Positions 24,416 to 34,833 of a DNA stretch of 64,000 bases are shown here, piece after piece. The notes under the pieces are model-generated. The model was not told the DNA's origin and searched no databases. It worked only from the letters and a program-made list of their open reading frames with translations. Positions within the stretch are counted from its first letter, which is position 1. Every line of letters begins with the position of its first letter. The stretch is from a virus. The stretch spans positions 1 through 64,000 of IMG/VR virus record IMGVR_UViG_3300012984_000014, one strand, 5' to 3'. The position numbers and the translations under genes were made by a program.

Positions 24416-26569
24416 ATGGCCAGCGAAGTTACAGAGGTTCCCAGCTTCGAGTTCAGCGCATTCTACTACCCGCAATTGCTGGAGGCGCTGCTGATCTACA
24501 AGCGGATTAACGTCCCCGAGTTGACGGATGAATCCGACGAAGAAGTGAGCATCCAACTTCTGCGCGCCATCGCGCTCGTTGGCCATCTGAACAACGTCAC
24601 CATCGACATCATCGCCAACGAATCGACGTTGCCCACAGCCCAACTTCCGGAGACTGTCCGCAACATGCTTCGGCTAATCGACTACGAGTTGAAGCCGGCC
24701 ACGCCAGCATCCACGGACATTGTGTATCGCTTGGCGCGAACGTTCACGACTTCATTTCAACTCGTGCCGGCCGAAGGCCAGGTGGCGACGCGCCGCGATG
24801 GCGCAGAACCCATCATCTACTTCGAAGCACTTGAAGGCGTCCTGATCGATCGGACGGATCAACTTGGCGCGTGTTTCCTGGAGACGGTCCCCAACGTCAC
24901 ATACACAGACCGGACCGCGGCCGCGAACGCAGGAACTGCGTTAAGCTACAACATCCCCGTCGGGGGCGCCATCTACTTCGGCCACACGTCCGTGATGTGG
25001 GACAAGATCAATATCGCCATCACGGCTCCGGCGCCCTTCACAATTGGCGTTTGGGAGTTCTATGATGGCGACACAAGCGACACACGTCCAGATGGCGTTG
25101 TGCTCGGCTTGGGCGATTTGACGTTTGATCTGACGACACTCTTGGGCACGAGCAACCGTGCCGGGGCGACCGTCCGGATCCGCTTCAACACGTCCACCAC
25201 CTTCGAGGATGTCGTTAGCTACTGGGACGGATCCACGAACGTTGCAACGACGTCTCTGCTCGGCCAGTCCAGCCCGTCCGTGATTCCGTCCGACTACACC
25301 GTTGGAACGAACTGGCAGGAGCTAGACGGAATCACGGATGGAACGGCGCTCCTGGACCAGACGGGCGATCTGGCATTCCTGCTGCCGCAGACGCTCGAAC
25401 GCAACTGGCAGAAGACGACCGTCAACGGCTTCACCGGCTTCTTCATCCGGTTCCGCCTCATCGCCGGGGTCGGGAGCGGGCCGACCATCGGCCGCGTCCG
25501 CATCGACACGGGCAAGCAGTACGCCATCGCGCGCGCGACGCAAGGGCGGACCGTCTCGTCAGAGACGCTCGGAAGCTCGAACGGAACGCAGAACCAGCGC
25601 TTCAACACCGCTCAAAACGGCTTCATTCTCGGCAGCCAGGAGGTCCGCGTTGACGGCGTTGCCTGGACGCTCGTCACCGACTTCTTGAGCAGCGGCCCTG
25701 GTGACAAGCACTACCGAATCGAGCTGGGAGAGAAGGACGTGGCCACCATTGTCTTCGGCGACGGCGTGACGGGCTTCATCCCGAGCATCGGCCAGGGAAA
25801 CCTCGTCATCGACTACCGCTGGGGCGCGAGCGACAACGGGAATGTCGGCGCGCAGACGCTCGTTGTGGACAAGCAAGGCCTCACGTATGTGGAGGCGCTC
25901 TACAACCCACGGACGGCGACTGGTTGGACGGAGGCGGAGGCGAACAGCCCTGCCTCGCTCGCCAAGGCCAAGGTGGCGGGTCCGGCATCGCTCCGGATCA
26001 AGGAAGTAGCCCTGAGCCCGGATGACCTTGTGACGTTGACACAGAGCTTCGTCGACTCGAACGGCTCCGCCCCATTCGGCCGAGCGTTCACGATCGAGGA
26101 GTCATTTGGTCCCAAGACGGTCGAATTGGTATGCGTCGGGCGCGGCGGGGCGCTCGCGTCCAACACGCAGCTCACGGAGCTTTCCACCTACTTTAATGGG
26201 GACAAGTATGCGATCCCGCCTAAAGCCAAACATTTCGTGGCCAATCAGCAGGTGGTGGCGACGAATTTTACCCCGCACCCGATCGACATCGCAGCTACGG
26301 TCTTTGCCCCGGATTCCATCGTGGCCGCGCAGATCCAGAACCGGCTAGCCTCCGTGCTCCAACCCGAGGCACTGAACGAGGACGGCGTGACCTACACGTG
26401 GGAGTTTGGCGCGGACGTTCCTGTGTCGCGCATCATACATGAGATCTTCCGGACGGATCCCGGAATCACGAAGGTGAATTTGGTCTCTCCGGCGGTCGAT
26501 GTAGCAATGGGCGCGCGCGCGCTTCCGACTGCCGGAACGTTCTCCATAACTATGGTTTCTACCAACTAA
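24416..26569 (+). CDS. Baseplate J-like wedge protein (T4 gp6 / Afp11-like)
   Basis: ANESTLPTAQLPETVRNMLRLIDYELKPATPA, LGSSNGTQNQRF, IVFGDGVTGFIP, YRWGASDNGNVGA and ALSPDDL. Confidence 0.88.
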   Translation: MASEVTEVPSFEFSAFYYPQLLEALLIYKRINVPELTDESDEEVSIQLLRAIALVGHLNNVTIDIIANESTLPTAQLPETVRNMLRLIDYELKPATPASTDIVYRLARTFTTSFQLVPAEGQVATRRDGAEPIIYFEALEGVLIDRTDQLGACFLETVPNVTYTDRTAAANAGTALSYNIPVGGAIYFGHTSVMWDKINIAITAPAPFTIGVWEFYDGDTSDTRPDGVVLGLGDLTFDLTTLLGTSNRAGATVRIRFNTSTTFEDVVSYWDGSTNVATTSLLGQSSPSVIPSDYTVGTNWQELDGITDGTALLDQTGDLAFLLPQTLERNWQKTTVNGFTGFFIRFRLIAGVGSGPTIGRVRIDTGKQYAIARATQGRTVSSETLGSSNGTQNQRFNTAQNGFILGSQEVRVDGVAWTLVTDFLSSGPGDKHYRIELGEKDVATIVFGDGVTGFIPSIGQGNLVIDYRWGASDNGNVGAQTLVVDKQGLTYVEALYNPRTATGWTEAEANSPASLAKAKVAGPASLRIKEVALSPDDLVTLTQSFVDSNGSAPFGRAFTIEESFGPKTVELVCVGRGGALASNTQLTELSTYFNGDKYAIPPKAKHFVANQQVVATNFTPHPIDIAATVFAPDSIVAAQIQNRLASVLQPEALNEDGVTYTWEFGADVPVSRIIHEIFRTDPGITKVNLVSPAVDVAMGARALPTAGTFSITMVSTN

Positions 26570-26579
26570 GGCCCCAAAA

Positions 26580-26984
26580 ATGCTTGTAGATGCAATTGCG
26601 AACGCGACTCTGAATGCCTACTTGGGCGCCACCACCATCCTGCCCGCCACAGTCTACATCGGCTTGATGACGTCCTCGCCGAATCCAGACGGCACAGGCG
26701 TGGTCGAGCCGGTCGGAAACAACTATGCGCGCGTGGGGGTGCCGAACAACCCAACCAACTGGCCCGCCGCGTCCGCTCGCATTAAGACTCACGCCTTTGA
26801 TATCACATTCAACGCGGCGACCGGAGTGGGCTGGGGGACCGTGACCCACGTGGGAATCTTCGATGCTCTAAGCGGCGGCAACGTCCGCTTGTACGATGCG
26901 CTGGCCACCCCGCGCTTGATCGCAAACACCGACATCTACAGATTCCTAGCAGGCGGCGCGAACGCACTCAAAGTCAGCTTCTAA
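26580..26984 (+). CDS. Virion structural protein (gp80-like family)
   Basis: YIGLMTSSP...EPVGNNYARVGV...THVGIFDALSGGN. Paralogue of 3911-4606. Confidence 0.65.
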   Translation: MLVDAIANATLNAYLGATTILPATVYIGLMTSSPNPDGTGVVEPVGNNYARVGVPNNPTNWPAASARIKTHAFDITFNAATGVGWGTVTHVGIFDALSGGNVRLYDALATPRLIANTDIYRFLAGGANALKVSF

Positions 26985-26986
26985 AC

Positions 26987-29089
26987 ATGGCGATCTATAA
27001 CGACGGCGCGAACATCAGCAACGGAACCAATGCCATCACTGGCATCGGCTCCGAACGGATGAGCAGCCCTGCGAACATCACGCAGAATGCGACCCTCACG
27101 GCGAATCTGATTCGCACCGTCAACATCAAGAACGTCCGCGCCGTCAGCTCCACACGCATTCGCGTCGAGTTCACACAACCCATCAGCAACAACGCGGCAC
27201 TCGGCGACCCGAGCAGCTTCCTGCTGACTGCTCTGTCTGGCGCGGCCGTATCGATCATCAGCCGAGTCGACACCCCGGACGGCGCGACTGCGACCGCAGT
27301 CGTGGACTTGATCGTGTCCGAGATGACGCAGGGCGTCAGCAACTACCAATTGCAGGCGTTCGGCCTCTTCGCTCCGGACGACTCGCCTATTTCCAATGGG
27401 CCATTCACCTTCAACGGCCTAGGCGTTCCGCCGAAAGTGCTGGTGGCGTTCGCTCCCGACGCGAACAGCGTCACGGTTCAGTTCACAGAGAAGGTCCTGG
27501 ACATCGGTTCGCTCCGCGTCACCAGCGCCTACGTCTTCAACGATGGCCTCACCGTCACAGGCATCCTGAGCGTAGATGCCAGCAGCGTGACGCTCAAGAC
27601 CTCGAACCAGATACCGGGCCACCTGTACACGCTGACGATGAGCGGGGCATGGTTCGACAACTCTCTGAACCAGCTCGTCAACCCGGCCGTTTCGTCGATG
27701 CTCGGCTACACGCCGGCCGTGACCAAGAGCGCGCTCTTATCGCTCAAAATGTACAACTTCCTGATCGAAGGCCTGCGCGACAGCGATCAAAACGAGGGCA
27801 ACCAGTTCCTCGAACGCTTCCTGATGGGGCCGCAAGCCATATGGGCCGCGACCATGCAGACCATCTTCGACCTCCCGAACCTCTGGGACATCTCGACCAT
27901 CCCGGACGATCTGCTTCAGTACCTCAAGCGGATCGTTGGTTGGACACACGACCTCGACAACATCACGGACGGTCTGGACCCGGCGACGCTCCGCCGGCTA
28001 ATCGCTGCGTCGGCGCGCTTCTGGAAGGAGCGCGGGCCCGAAGAGACGATCAGCAACATCCTCGCGCTCACGACGGCCGCGCGCGTGTACGTATTGAACT
28101 GGTTCGACCTTCGCTTCATTCTCGATCAGACCATCCTCGGCGAGGAGCACCTCGGAACTGACCCGTGGGTGCTCTCGACGCCGGGCGAAGGCGACCCCGA
28201 CAGCCAGACCTACAACATCAGGATCGTGGACGACGGGAGCCTGAACCACGTGCTCGTCCGGAACCTCGCCAAGTTGACGCGCCCCTCCGGCGAGCGAATC
28301 CAGATCAATTATCTAGGATTCCTGGACCGTTTCGAGTCGGACGGCGACGAGACTCAATGGGCATTCCAAACAAATCCATTCTTTTTGCACTCCGTCGTCG
28401 ATGGGGCGTTGAAGTTCACGTCGCCCGCCAGCACCTCGCAACGCGCGCTCGTGAACGTCCCCAACAACCAAGACTGGACGCGCCAGGTAATATCTTGGAC
28501 TTTCCGCACGAGCATGTGCAACCCGCAGCTGCTATTCTACGTGGTGGGCGACACCTCGAATCCAGCGGCAGTACAAGATTACTATTACGTTTCCATCAAC
28601 ACCGAGAGTCACACCACAGACCCCAACAAAATACGCTTGATCAAGCGCGTCGCGGGTATCGACACGACGTTGGTGACCGTGAACACGTTGACGGCATACG
28701 GTGAGCCGTTCCGGATCAACGTCGTCTACACGATGCGCGTGGTGGTCACTCCGGTGCTCGAAGGTAGCACAGTCAACTCCATTTCTGTCCTCTGGGACGG
28801 CGAGCCGATCATCAACTACATTTCGGATTCGACTTTCACCCAGGGCTCGATTGGATTGAACCTCGTGACGGGCATCTTCGCCGCAACCGATTTCCAGCTA
28901 AACGAGCTGGAGATGTTCTTCCTCCCGCGCGCGATAGACATGATCGATCTCGGAAATGTAGTGACATCAATCGTCCCGCAGCCTGTCATACCCCCGACAG
29001 CGCCGATCGGTCTTCCACTCGGGGCGCTCGTGAATGGGGGCGGCATGCAATTAGTAAATAACTCTGGCCAAGGTTTGGTGCGCGGATGA
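26987..29089 (+). CDS. Baseplate/tail protein I-like domain flanked by Ig-like and lectin-like domains
   Basis: Central FLERFL...LPNLWDISTIPDDLLQYLKRIVGW...RRLIAASARFWKERG matches P2 gpI-like domains. Two N-terminal Ig-like repeats (AVSSTRIRVEFT, APDANSVTVQFT). Confidence 0.7.
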   Translation: MAIYNDGANISNGTNAITGIGSERMSSPANITQNATLTANLIRTVNIKNVRAVSSTRIRVEFTQPISNNAALGDPSSFLLTALSGAAVSIISRVDTPDGATATAVVDLIVSEMTQGVSNYQLQAFGLFAPDDSPISNGPFTFNGLGVPPKVLVAFAPDANSVTVQFTEKVLDIGSLRVTSAYVFNDGLTVTGILSVDASSVTLKTSNQIPGHLYTLTMSGAWFDNSLNQLVNPAVSSMLGYTPAVTKSALLSLKMYNFLIEGLRDSDQNEGNQFLERFLMGPQAIWAATMQTIFDLPNLWDISTIPDDLLQYLKRIVGWTHDLDNITDGLDPATLRRLIAASARFWKERGPEETISNILALTTAARVYVLNWFDLRFILDQTILGEEHLGTDPWVLSTPGEGDPDSQTYNIRIVDDGSLNHVLVRNLAKLTRPSGERIQINYLGFLDRFESDGDETQWAFQTNPFFLHSVVDGALKFTSPASTSQRALVNVPNNQDWTRQVISWTFRTSMCNPQLLFYVVGDTSNPAAVQDYYYVSINTESHTTDPNKIRLIKRVAGIDTTLVTVNTLTAYGEPFRINVVYTMRVVVTPVLEGSTVNSISVLWDGEPIINYISDSTFTQGSIGLNLVTGIFAATDFQLNELEMFFLPRAIDMIDLGNVVTSIVPQPVIPPTAPIGLPLGALVNGGGMQLVNNSGQGLVRG

Positions 29090-29922
29090 GCAACGTACAT
29101 TCGGAACAAGGGCAAGCGGACGGCATCCACATCGTTTCCGCTTTCACGTACGCCAACGACGCTGCGCGCTTGGCCGATGTTCGAATTGCTGCGGACGTGG
29201 GGAAGATCGCTGTCCAAACGGACCCGGATCAGCCTTCATATTGGGTATTGGACGCCGCGCCCAATTCGTGGCGTCGCATCATGATCTCGCCATATAATGA
29301 CACAGGATCTGCCATGGATCGTGGTTTGATTGCCTACCAGGCGAGCGCCGATGCCAATCCCGCTCGCTTGATGGGAAAGAAGTCGCGCGGAACATTCGCT
29401 CTTCCATCCGACATGAGCGCGGGCGACCTAATCGCAGAGTTCATCGCCAACGGCCGCTTGTCCGGAGCGTTCTCTGACCGGAGTTATCTTCGCACGTCGA
29501 ACTTTGATGTGAATGGAAATGCCAAGTTTTCTCTTGGGCTGTATGATTCCGTGGCGTTGCGCGAGATCACGAACACCTTGGCGACTCGGATTCAAACGGC
29601 AAACGCGAACCCCACCACAGGCCTGACGATTACGATGGCCAACAACAACAGCATCCTCTCGTATGCAGCGCGTTGGCGCGGAATCGACACCGCGAACAAA
29701 ATGGTATTTATGGAGCAGATCGGCGCTTATCGTCGTGTTGCCGCAGGCGCTCCTGTAGTTTTTGGAACGCCTAACGACGTCTTCCCGATCACCAAAGACG
29801 ACGCGGCAGTCGGCACACCAGGAATCGTTGTCTCTGGAAACAATCTCCTGATTCAAGTGACTGGAAAGGCCCTTACCAACTACACATGGGATCTGGAATT
29901 CACCTGGCGCGAGATGTTCTGA
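29086..29922 (+). CDS. Putative tail fibre component
   Basis: Coupled ORF in the fibre region, beta-rich. Confidence 0.5.
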   Translation: MSNVHSEQGQADGIHIVSAFTYANDAARLADVRIAADVGKIAVQTDPDQPSYWVLDAAPNSWRRIMISPYNDTGSAMDRGLIAYQASADANPARLMGKKSRGTFALPSDMSAGDLIAEFIANGRLSGAFSDRSYLRTSNFDVNGNAKFSLGLYDSVALREITNTLATRIQTANANPTTGLTITMANNNSILSYAARWRGIDTANKMVFMEQIGAYRRVAAGAPVVFGTPNDVFPITKDDAAVGTPGIVVSGNNLLIQVTGKALTNYTWDLEFTWREMF

Positions 29923-31046
29923 TGCTTGAAGTTCAGCCCTATCATATCGGTCGCGCGCGCATCGTCTACTCCTTCGATCGGAAGTTGTATGACCGCGCAA
30001 CACGCGCGAGACGTTGCCAGCCATTGGGCCTAGGTGGATGTTTCGGTGGCGCGGCGCACGCCGCGCTAGTCTCGGGATTCAACGGACAGATTGCCAGCCT
30101 ATTCCCAGGCGCCGCGCAGGTGTTGCAGTCCGATCTTGGACTGACGTACGGCAGCCAGCCAAAAGCAACCGGAACGACGCCCCCGGTGACGACATTGAGC
30201 GGCTCGTTGAGCGCCACGCCCGTGCCGATTTGGTTCAAGTGCACGACGGCCGGCGCAATCGGCAGCGGCGCCCTATTCTCCGCGTACGTTGACGGCGTGG
30301 GAACAACGCCCTTCGCGACCGGGATATCCCCGCTCGCAGGCTCACCCGTGGCTCTTTCCGGTCCATGCAGCGGCCTTTCGATCGCCTGGGCCGCGGGTTC
30401 GGCGGCGCTGGATAACATTTGGAAGGCCACAGGCTCAGGCCTTGCAGACCAGACCGTCAACGGTAAGAACGCGGCACAAGCCACAGCCGCGAAGCAGCCG
30501 ATCGTGACGATAGGAATCAACGGCCGGGTCGGGCTCCTGTTCGACGGCGTGGACGACACGTTGGACGCGGCGAGCTTGACGCTGCCAGCGCCAGGCACGA
30601 CTCCGACGTTTCATTGGGCTGTTTGGCGCAAAGTATCGGAGCCGGGCGGTTCGTCTGTCCACTTTGGCGACATGGGACTGATCGCCCACGCGCTCTTTTG
30701 TCCGTCCGGTGGCACCAGCTTCCAGACTTGGAACGGTATCTACGGCCCCCTGTCCAGCCTCACGATGGGCCAGTGGATGCGCACCGAGGCGATTTTTACG
30801 AACAGCACGAGCGACTATCTAAAGTCTGGTTCACTATCGGCGGTAACCGGGGTGAACGCGCTGAACTCTGCGTCGCCTGGTGGCTATCAGATCGGCAACA
30901 GCAACAACAGCGTGGGGAGATACTCCAACATGGAGCTGCTCGCCCACGTGATCACGCCGTACCTGCCGAGCCCGACCCAGCTCAGCGCTGCATCTGCAAA
31001 GATCAACTTGTCTACGGGCTACGGGCCCGGAGCGATTGCCGTTTGA
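29922..31046 (+). CDS. Putative tail fibre/receptor-binding protein with a LamG/concanavalin-like domain
   Basis: ATG at 29922 overlaps the previous stop. GLADQTVNGKNAAQATAAKQP...INGRVGLLFDGVDDTL is typical of phage LamG-like domains. Confidence 0.6.
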   Translation: MLEVQPYHIGRARIVYSFDRKLYDRATRARRCQPLGLGGCFGGAAHAALVSGFNGQIASLFPGAAQVLQSDLGLTYGSQPKATGTTPPVTTLSGSLSATPVPIWFKCTTAGAIGSGALFSAYVDGVGTTPFATGISPLAGSPVALSGPCSGLSIAWAAGSAALDNIWKATGSGLADQTVNGKNAAQATAAKQPIVTIGINGRVGLLFDGVDDTLDAASLTLPAPGTTPTFHWAVWRKVSEPGGSSVHFGDMGLIAHALFCPSGGTSFQTWNGIYGPLSSLTMGQWMRTEAIFTNSTSDYLKSGSLSAVTGVNALNSASPGGYQIGNSNNSVGRYSNMELLAHVITPYLPSPTQLSAASAKINLSTGYGPGAIAV

Positions 31047-31061
31047 AATTGGAGTTTCAAA

Positions 31062-34000
31062 ATGCCCACTGGATCTAAGACCCTTCTCATGAACGCCAAG
31101 CAGTTGCTTGGTTTCCAAGACCTCGGGCTGCGTGGCTTCACGGCGCTCCGCAACTCGCACATCGAAGCGACCCAAGCGCGCTGGGACGTCGATGGCGTGT
31201 TCAACACCAAGTTGTCGATGGCTGGGAGCGCCCCGAACGCGCTTCTGATCTTGGGTTCCTCGAAGGCGACAGACGGGCTCGGGCACGTTCTGAACATCCA
31301 GTCCGCGTACCTGCAATCAGCCCTCTTCGAAAACTCGGTGTCCATCAACTACTACGTTGGCCTGATGTATGCAGAGATTCCGGCGGGCATCCGGATCAAC
31401 CCGCTGACGGGCAAGCCGCAGTTCGATTCGTACGTGGAAGAGGTCGGTTTCCAAGCCGCGCCGAACAGCGTGGTGGACAACGGCAACGGCACGATGACGA
31501 TGGTCATCGACTCCGTGACCGAGGTCGGCGTGTCCAACGCCGGGCGTGTCGTCCGCGTTTGGAAGGTGGCGCCAGCGGACGGCGGAACCACGCTCAGCAT
31601 TGCACTCGAAGAGGTCACGAGTGTCTTCACCGGCGGCCAGAACAAGATCACGACCGCGGCAAAGTTTGGCCAGACGACCATCAGCACGGTCGCGGCGGAC
31701 TATCTCGTCACCGTCATGGGCCCGCGTATCTCGCGCAATACTGACCTTAGCGCCGTTCCGGGCGTTGTGTTCATCGGCACTGTCGTGGGCAACGGTGCAA
31801 CGCCTTCGACTTTTAGCAATGCCAATCAGACGCTGCTGAAAACGTTCCAGGATGCGACACAAGTCGCGTACGCGCCCACAGGTTGGCTCAGCCCGGGCGC
31901 CACTACGGTTCAGCTCGCGCTTGATACCATCGTGTCGGGATTGGGAGATACGGTCTCCACAGGGACCTCCGGCGCATCCAAAGTTGGTGTCTACTCGGCC
32001 GGGTATTCGACCGTTGCCACGGGTGGGATTGGGAACGCCGCTGATTCTACATACACCGCGGCGGCGACTATTGCCGACATACTTATTGGAATAAACACGA
32101 TGGCTCGCCGTCGCCAATCATTCCAGACCAAGAATGATACGAACGGCACGAGTCAGCCGGCCGACGACGCGGCGAGCGTTGATCTGGCAAATCAGATCGC
32201 GACATCCAGACCGCAATGGCTTCGCGCGCTCGCCAATTCGGGGACAACGCCTTACACAATCTCCAGCGACGTCCCTGCTGGCCCTGGACAGGGCAGCTAT
32301 TTCATGGGCGAGTTCAACGACCCGACCCAAGCAAATTCGCATCTTCGGAAGACGGCGATCAAAATAACAGGTTCCAACCGTGCCATCAGCCTTGGAAAGT
32401 GGCAACGAGTATGGATCGACGCAGCAGCCGGATTCGCGGCTAGGTTTGGAGGGACAGGAAACATCCAAGCAGGCATCTTGGAAGACTTTGGCGCAAATGG
32501 CGGCGCGATATGGATGGAGCCTACCATTTCTCCAACAGCGGTCGATGCGCCAACAAATTGGAGGAACGGTGTAATAAAGCCCAAGGCGAGCGAATCGAAG
32601 TGGGGCGGATCCTCGATCGTTTATGGCAACACCAACAGCGGTTGGGTTTGGCACGTCATGGAAAAGTTGCTGGTGTACGGCAACGACACGACGCAATCGG
32701 GAGGAGCTCGAAACGGAGCGATCCAATTCAGTTTCCGTATGGACGCGCCACTCGCCGCAGCATCTGTTTCCCTTCAAGGTAGACCTTTGGTTTACCGCGA
32801 TTGCGTCTTTGTTTGCCAAGACACTGGAAGCCAAGGGCTAATTCTGGTCGAAGGCACACAACAAGTAACATTTGATAATTGCAAATTCTTTGACATTGCC
32901 GGTCGAACTATCGACAACCCGTTGTTCTTCGTCAACGCTAGCGGCGCGCAAGTACGCCTGAAAAATTGCACGTTCTTCTCGCCGGAAGGACGTTGCCTGG
33001 CAACAAATCAGTCTTCCGGAATTCACATTGACGATTGCACATTTGTCGCTGGAATCGGCGGCTCTTCAACATTGACGGCGCCGCAAGTGCTGGCGATCAA
33101 CGGCGGAGATACTCCGCAACCGTCGACCATCCGTGACTCGCGAATATACCTCGGGACGGCAGTTTTCCGGGCAAATGCGACGGCTACAACCACGCCTCTA
33201 GTTGCCTTCTATGGGACCACGGTGACGGTGCAGAATCTCAGTGTAAAGGTAGATTCTTCGGCCACTGATCTGGGATGGGCAAAGATTCTGGACGTGTTGG
33301 TTAATTCCCAAACTGGGCAAGGATCCTTGGGAGTATTCGAGAACATCACGCTGGATTGCAACTCTGTAAAGGCGAACGCAACGAGCAGCAACAACGTCGT
33401 TTCATTGAGCGCCTCCGCCACTCCCGACTCCAGCAGGCTCGAAGTGAATCACTTGCTGATTCGAAACACACAGATCAACGTATCTGCTGGGAATTCCAAT
33501 GCTTGGGTGTCCGTCGGAAACGGCGTTGTCGGAACAGACTGGCTAGTCGTTGCGTCCACGACACTTCCGACGAACAAGATCGGGTCTCTGATCAAGATCT
33601 CAGGGAACGCCAATACTCTCAGAGACATCAAGATCGGGCGCGCCCGATACGCGATGTCCAACAACAACGGCGCGATCCTAGTAATCGGCGACAATAACAA
33701 GATTTCAGGCATTTCAGGCGACGAAACATTCAACGCTACGGCAGGAAGCGGAGGGGCAACTCAGTACCTCCTGTCCATCGTAGGTAATCACAATGCTCTG
33801 CTTGAGGTCGACGTGACGATGGGAGCTGATTCTAACGCAATCGCCAACTTCGTTGGCAGAGACAATTCGCTCTGCCTGTCAACGTTGTTGGCCACCGCGG
33901 CATCCGGGCTCGTTCCGGTCAGCTTTTCTTCCGGCCGTCGTTGCAGATTCGTCAACAACACGTTGCATTGGAACGGGACGACAAATGTTGGCGTAAACAT

Positions 34001-34127
34001 GACTACTCTCGACTCAATCATCGACGACGTTACCATTTATCGTTCGGCCGGTGCGTCCGCGGGTTGGAGCAATGCCGCTTCAGGCAGCGTCACTGGCACT
34101 TGCGCAATTTTGTCGACTACCCTCTGA
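31062..34127 (+). CDS. Tail fibre / tailspike with a right-handed beta-helix (pectate-lyase-like) C-terminus
   Basis: Repeated VTFDNCKFF, VRLKNCTFF, IHIDDCTFV and STIRDSRIY strands. 1021 aa, last large structural gene. Confidence 0.7.
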   Translation: MPTGSKTLLMNAKQLLGFQDLGLRGFTALRNSHIEATQARWDVDGVFNTKLSMAGSAPNALLILGSSKATDGLGHVLNIQSAYLQSALFENSVSINYYVGLMYAEIPAGIRINPLTGKPQFDSYVEEVGFQAAPNSVVDNGNGTMTMVIDSVTEVGVSNAGRVVRVWKVAPADGGTTLSIALEEVTSVFTGGQNKITTAAKFGQTTISTVAADYLVTVMGPRISRNTDLSAVPGVVFIGTVVGNGATPSTFSNANQTLLKTFQDATQVAYAPTGWLSPGATTVQLALDTIVSGLGDTVSTGTSGASKVGVYSAGYSTVATGGIGNAADSTYTAAATIADILIGINTMARRRQSFQTKNDTNGTSQPADDAASVDLANQIATSRPQWLRALANSGTTPYTISSDVPAGPGQGSYFMGEFNDPTQANSHLRKTAIKITGSNRAISLGKWQRVWIDAAAGFAARFGGTGNIQAGILEDFGANGGAIWMEPTISPTAVDAPTNWRNGVIKPKASESKWGGSSIVYGNTNSGWVWHVMEKLLVYGNDTTQSGGARNGAIQFSFRMDAPLAAASVSLQGRPLVYRDCVFVCQDTGSQGLILVEGTQQVTFDNCKFFDIAGRTIDNPLFFVNASGAQVRLKNCTFFSPEGRCLATNQSSGIHIDDCTFVAGIGGSSTLTAPQVLAINGGDTPQPSTIRDSRIYLGTAVFRANATATTTPLVAFYGTTVTVQNLSVKVDSSATDLGWAKILDVLVNSQTGQGSLGVFENITLDCNSVKANATSSNNVVSLSASATPDSSRLEVNHLLIRNTQINVSAGNSNAWVSVGNGVVGTDWLVVASTTLPTNKIGSLIKISGNANTLRDIKIGRARYAMSNNNGAILVIGDNNKISGISGDETFNATAGSGGATQYLLSIVGNHNALLEVDVTMGADSNAIANFVGRDNSLCLSTLLATAASGLVPVSFSSGRRCRFVNNTLHWNGTTNVGVNMTTLDSIIDDVTIYRSAGASAGWSNAASGSVTGTCAILSTTL

Positions 34128-34144
34128 AAGGTATGATTTTGAAC

Positions 34145-34519
34145 ATGGAAAAACTAGTAGCACTCATCGGCATTGGAGTAGGTGCAAGCATCTGCTTTCT
34201 GATCGCTAGTCTATCGGCGTGCAGCCTCTTCAAGACCAACGAACCGCTATATCCATCTGTGGTGAAGTGCCTCCCGCCGACGCAAGAAGCGGAAGACGTC
34301 GTGAAGGGCATCCTGCTTTCGGGGCTCGATGGCTACAAGCAAGCCTTGGACGACGCGGCGCTGAAGTACGGCCCAGGCGTCGTGCTGTGTATCGTCAACA
34401 GCCTCGTGTCCGAATGGGGCAACCCAGGATCGCCTGCACGCGAGAGCAAACGAGCGCAGGCTGCCAAGCTACGTGGCAGCGAGTTCCTGGCAGAGCACCC
34501 CGCGAAGGTCGAACATTGA
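34145..34519 (+). CDS. Putative lipoprotein
   Basis: Hydrophobic N-terminus ending in the lipobox-like LSAC. Alternative start at 34133. Confidence 0.55.
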   Translation: MEKLVALIGIGVGASICFLIASLSACSLFKTNEPLYPSVVKCLPPTQEAEDVVKGILLSGLDGYKQALDDAALKYGPGVVLCIVNSLVSEWGNPGSPARESKRAQAAKLRGSEFLAEHPAKVEH

Positions 34520-34833
34520 TCAGGACGCTCGCTGTTCTGGTTCTGTCAGCGGCGACGATGTGCACCCCGGCTTCCACGAAGTCGGGGACGCCTCCGCCTC
34601 CTGACGTCTTCGTTCCGCCCGTCACAACCTCGGACGCAGGCCGCGCCGACGCCGGCCCGCCCGGGCTCTGCCCCGACGCGCGTCAGCATCTCGTCGAGAT
34701 GGGATGCCCGCCCGCGGAGAGCTACTTTGGTGAGTGGGAGACGACTTGCGCGGGGAAGTCGGACGGCCAAGAGATCGCCAAATGCATCTTGGCGAAGAAT
34801 GTTTGCAACGAAGCTCACGCTTGCGAGGAATGA
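34516..34833 (+). CDS. Secreted Cys-rich small protein
   Basis: TTG at 34516 overlaps the previous TGA. Signal-like MIRTLAVLVLSAATMC, Pro-rich DAG linker, six further Cys. Confidence 0.5.
   Translation: MIRTLAVLVLSAATMCTPASTKSGTPPPPDVFVPPVTTSDAGRADAGPPGLCPDARQHLVEMGCPPAESYFGEWETTCAGKSDGQEIAKCILAKNVCNEAHACEE

Noticed and set aside
12964-29089. Stand-alone eCIS, tailocin or T6SS
   Set aside because: Capsid, head-tail adaptor, neck and a complete replication module are contiguous with it, so it is a phage.
31062-34127. Diversity-generating retroelement target
   Set aside because: No reverse transcriptase and no template/variable repeat pair were seen in the window.
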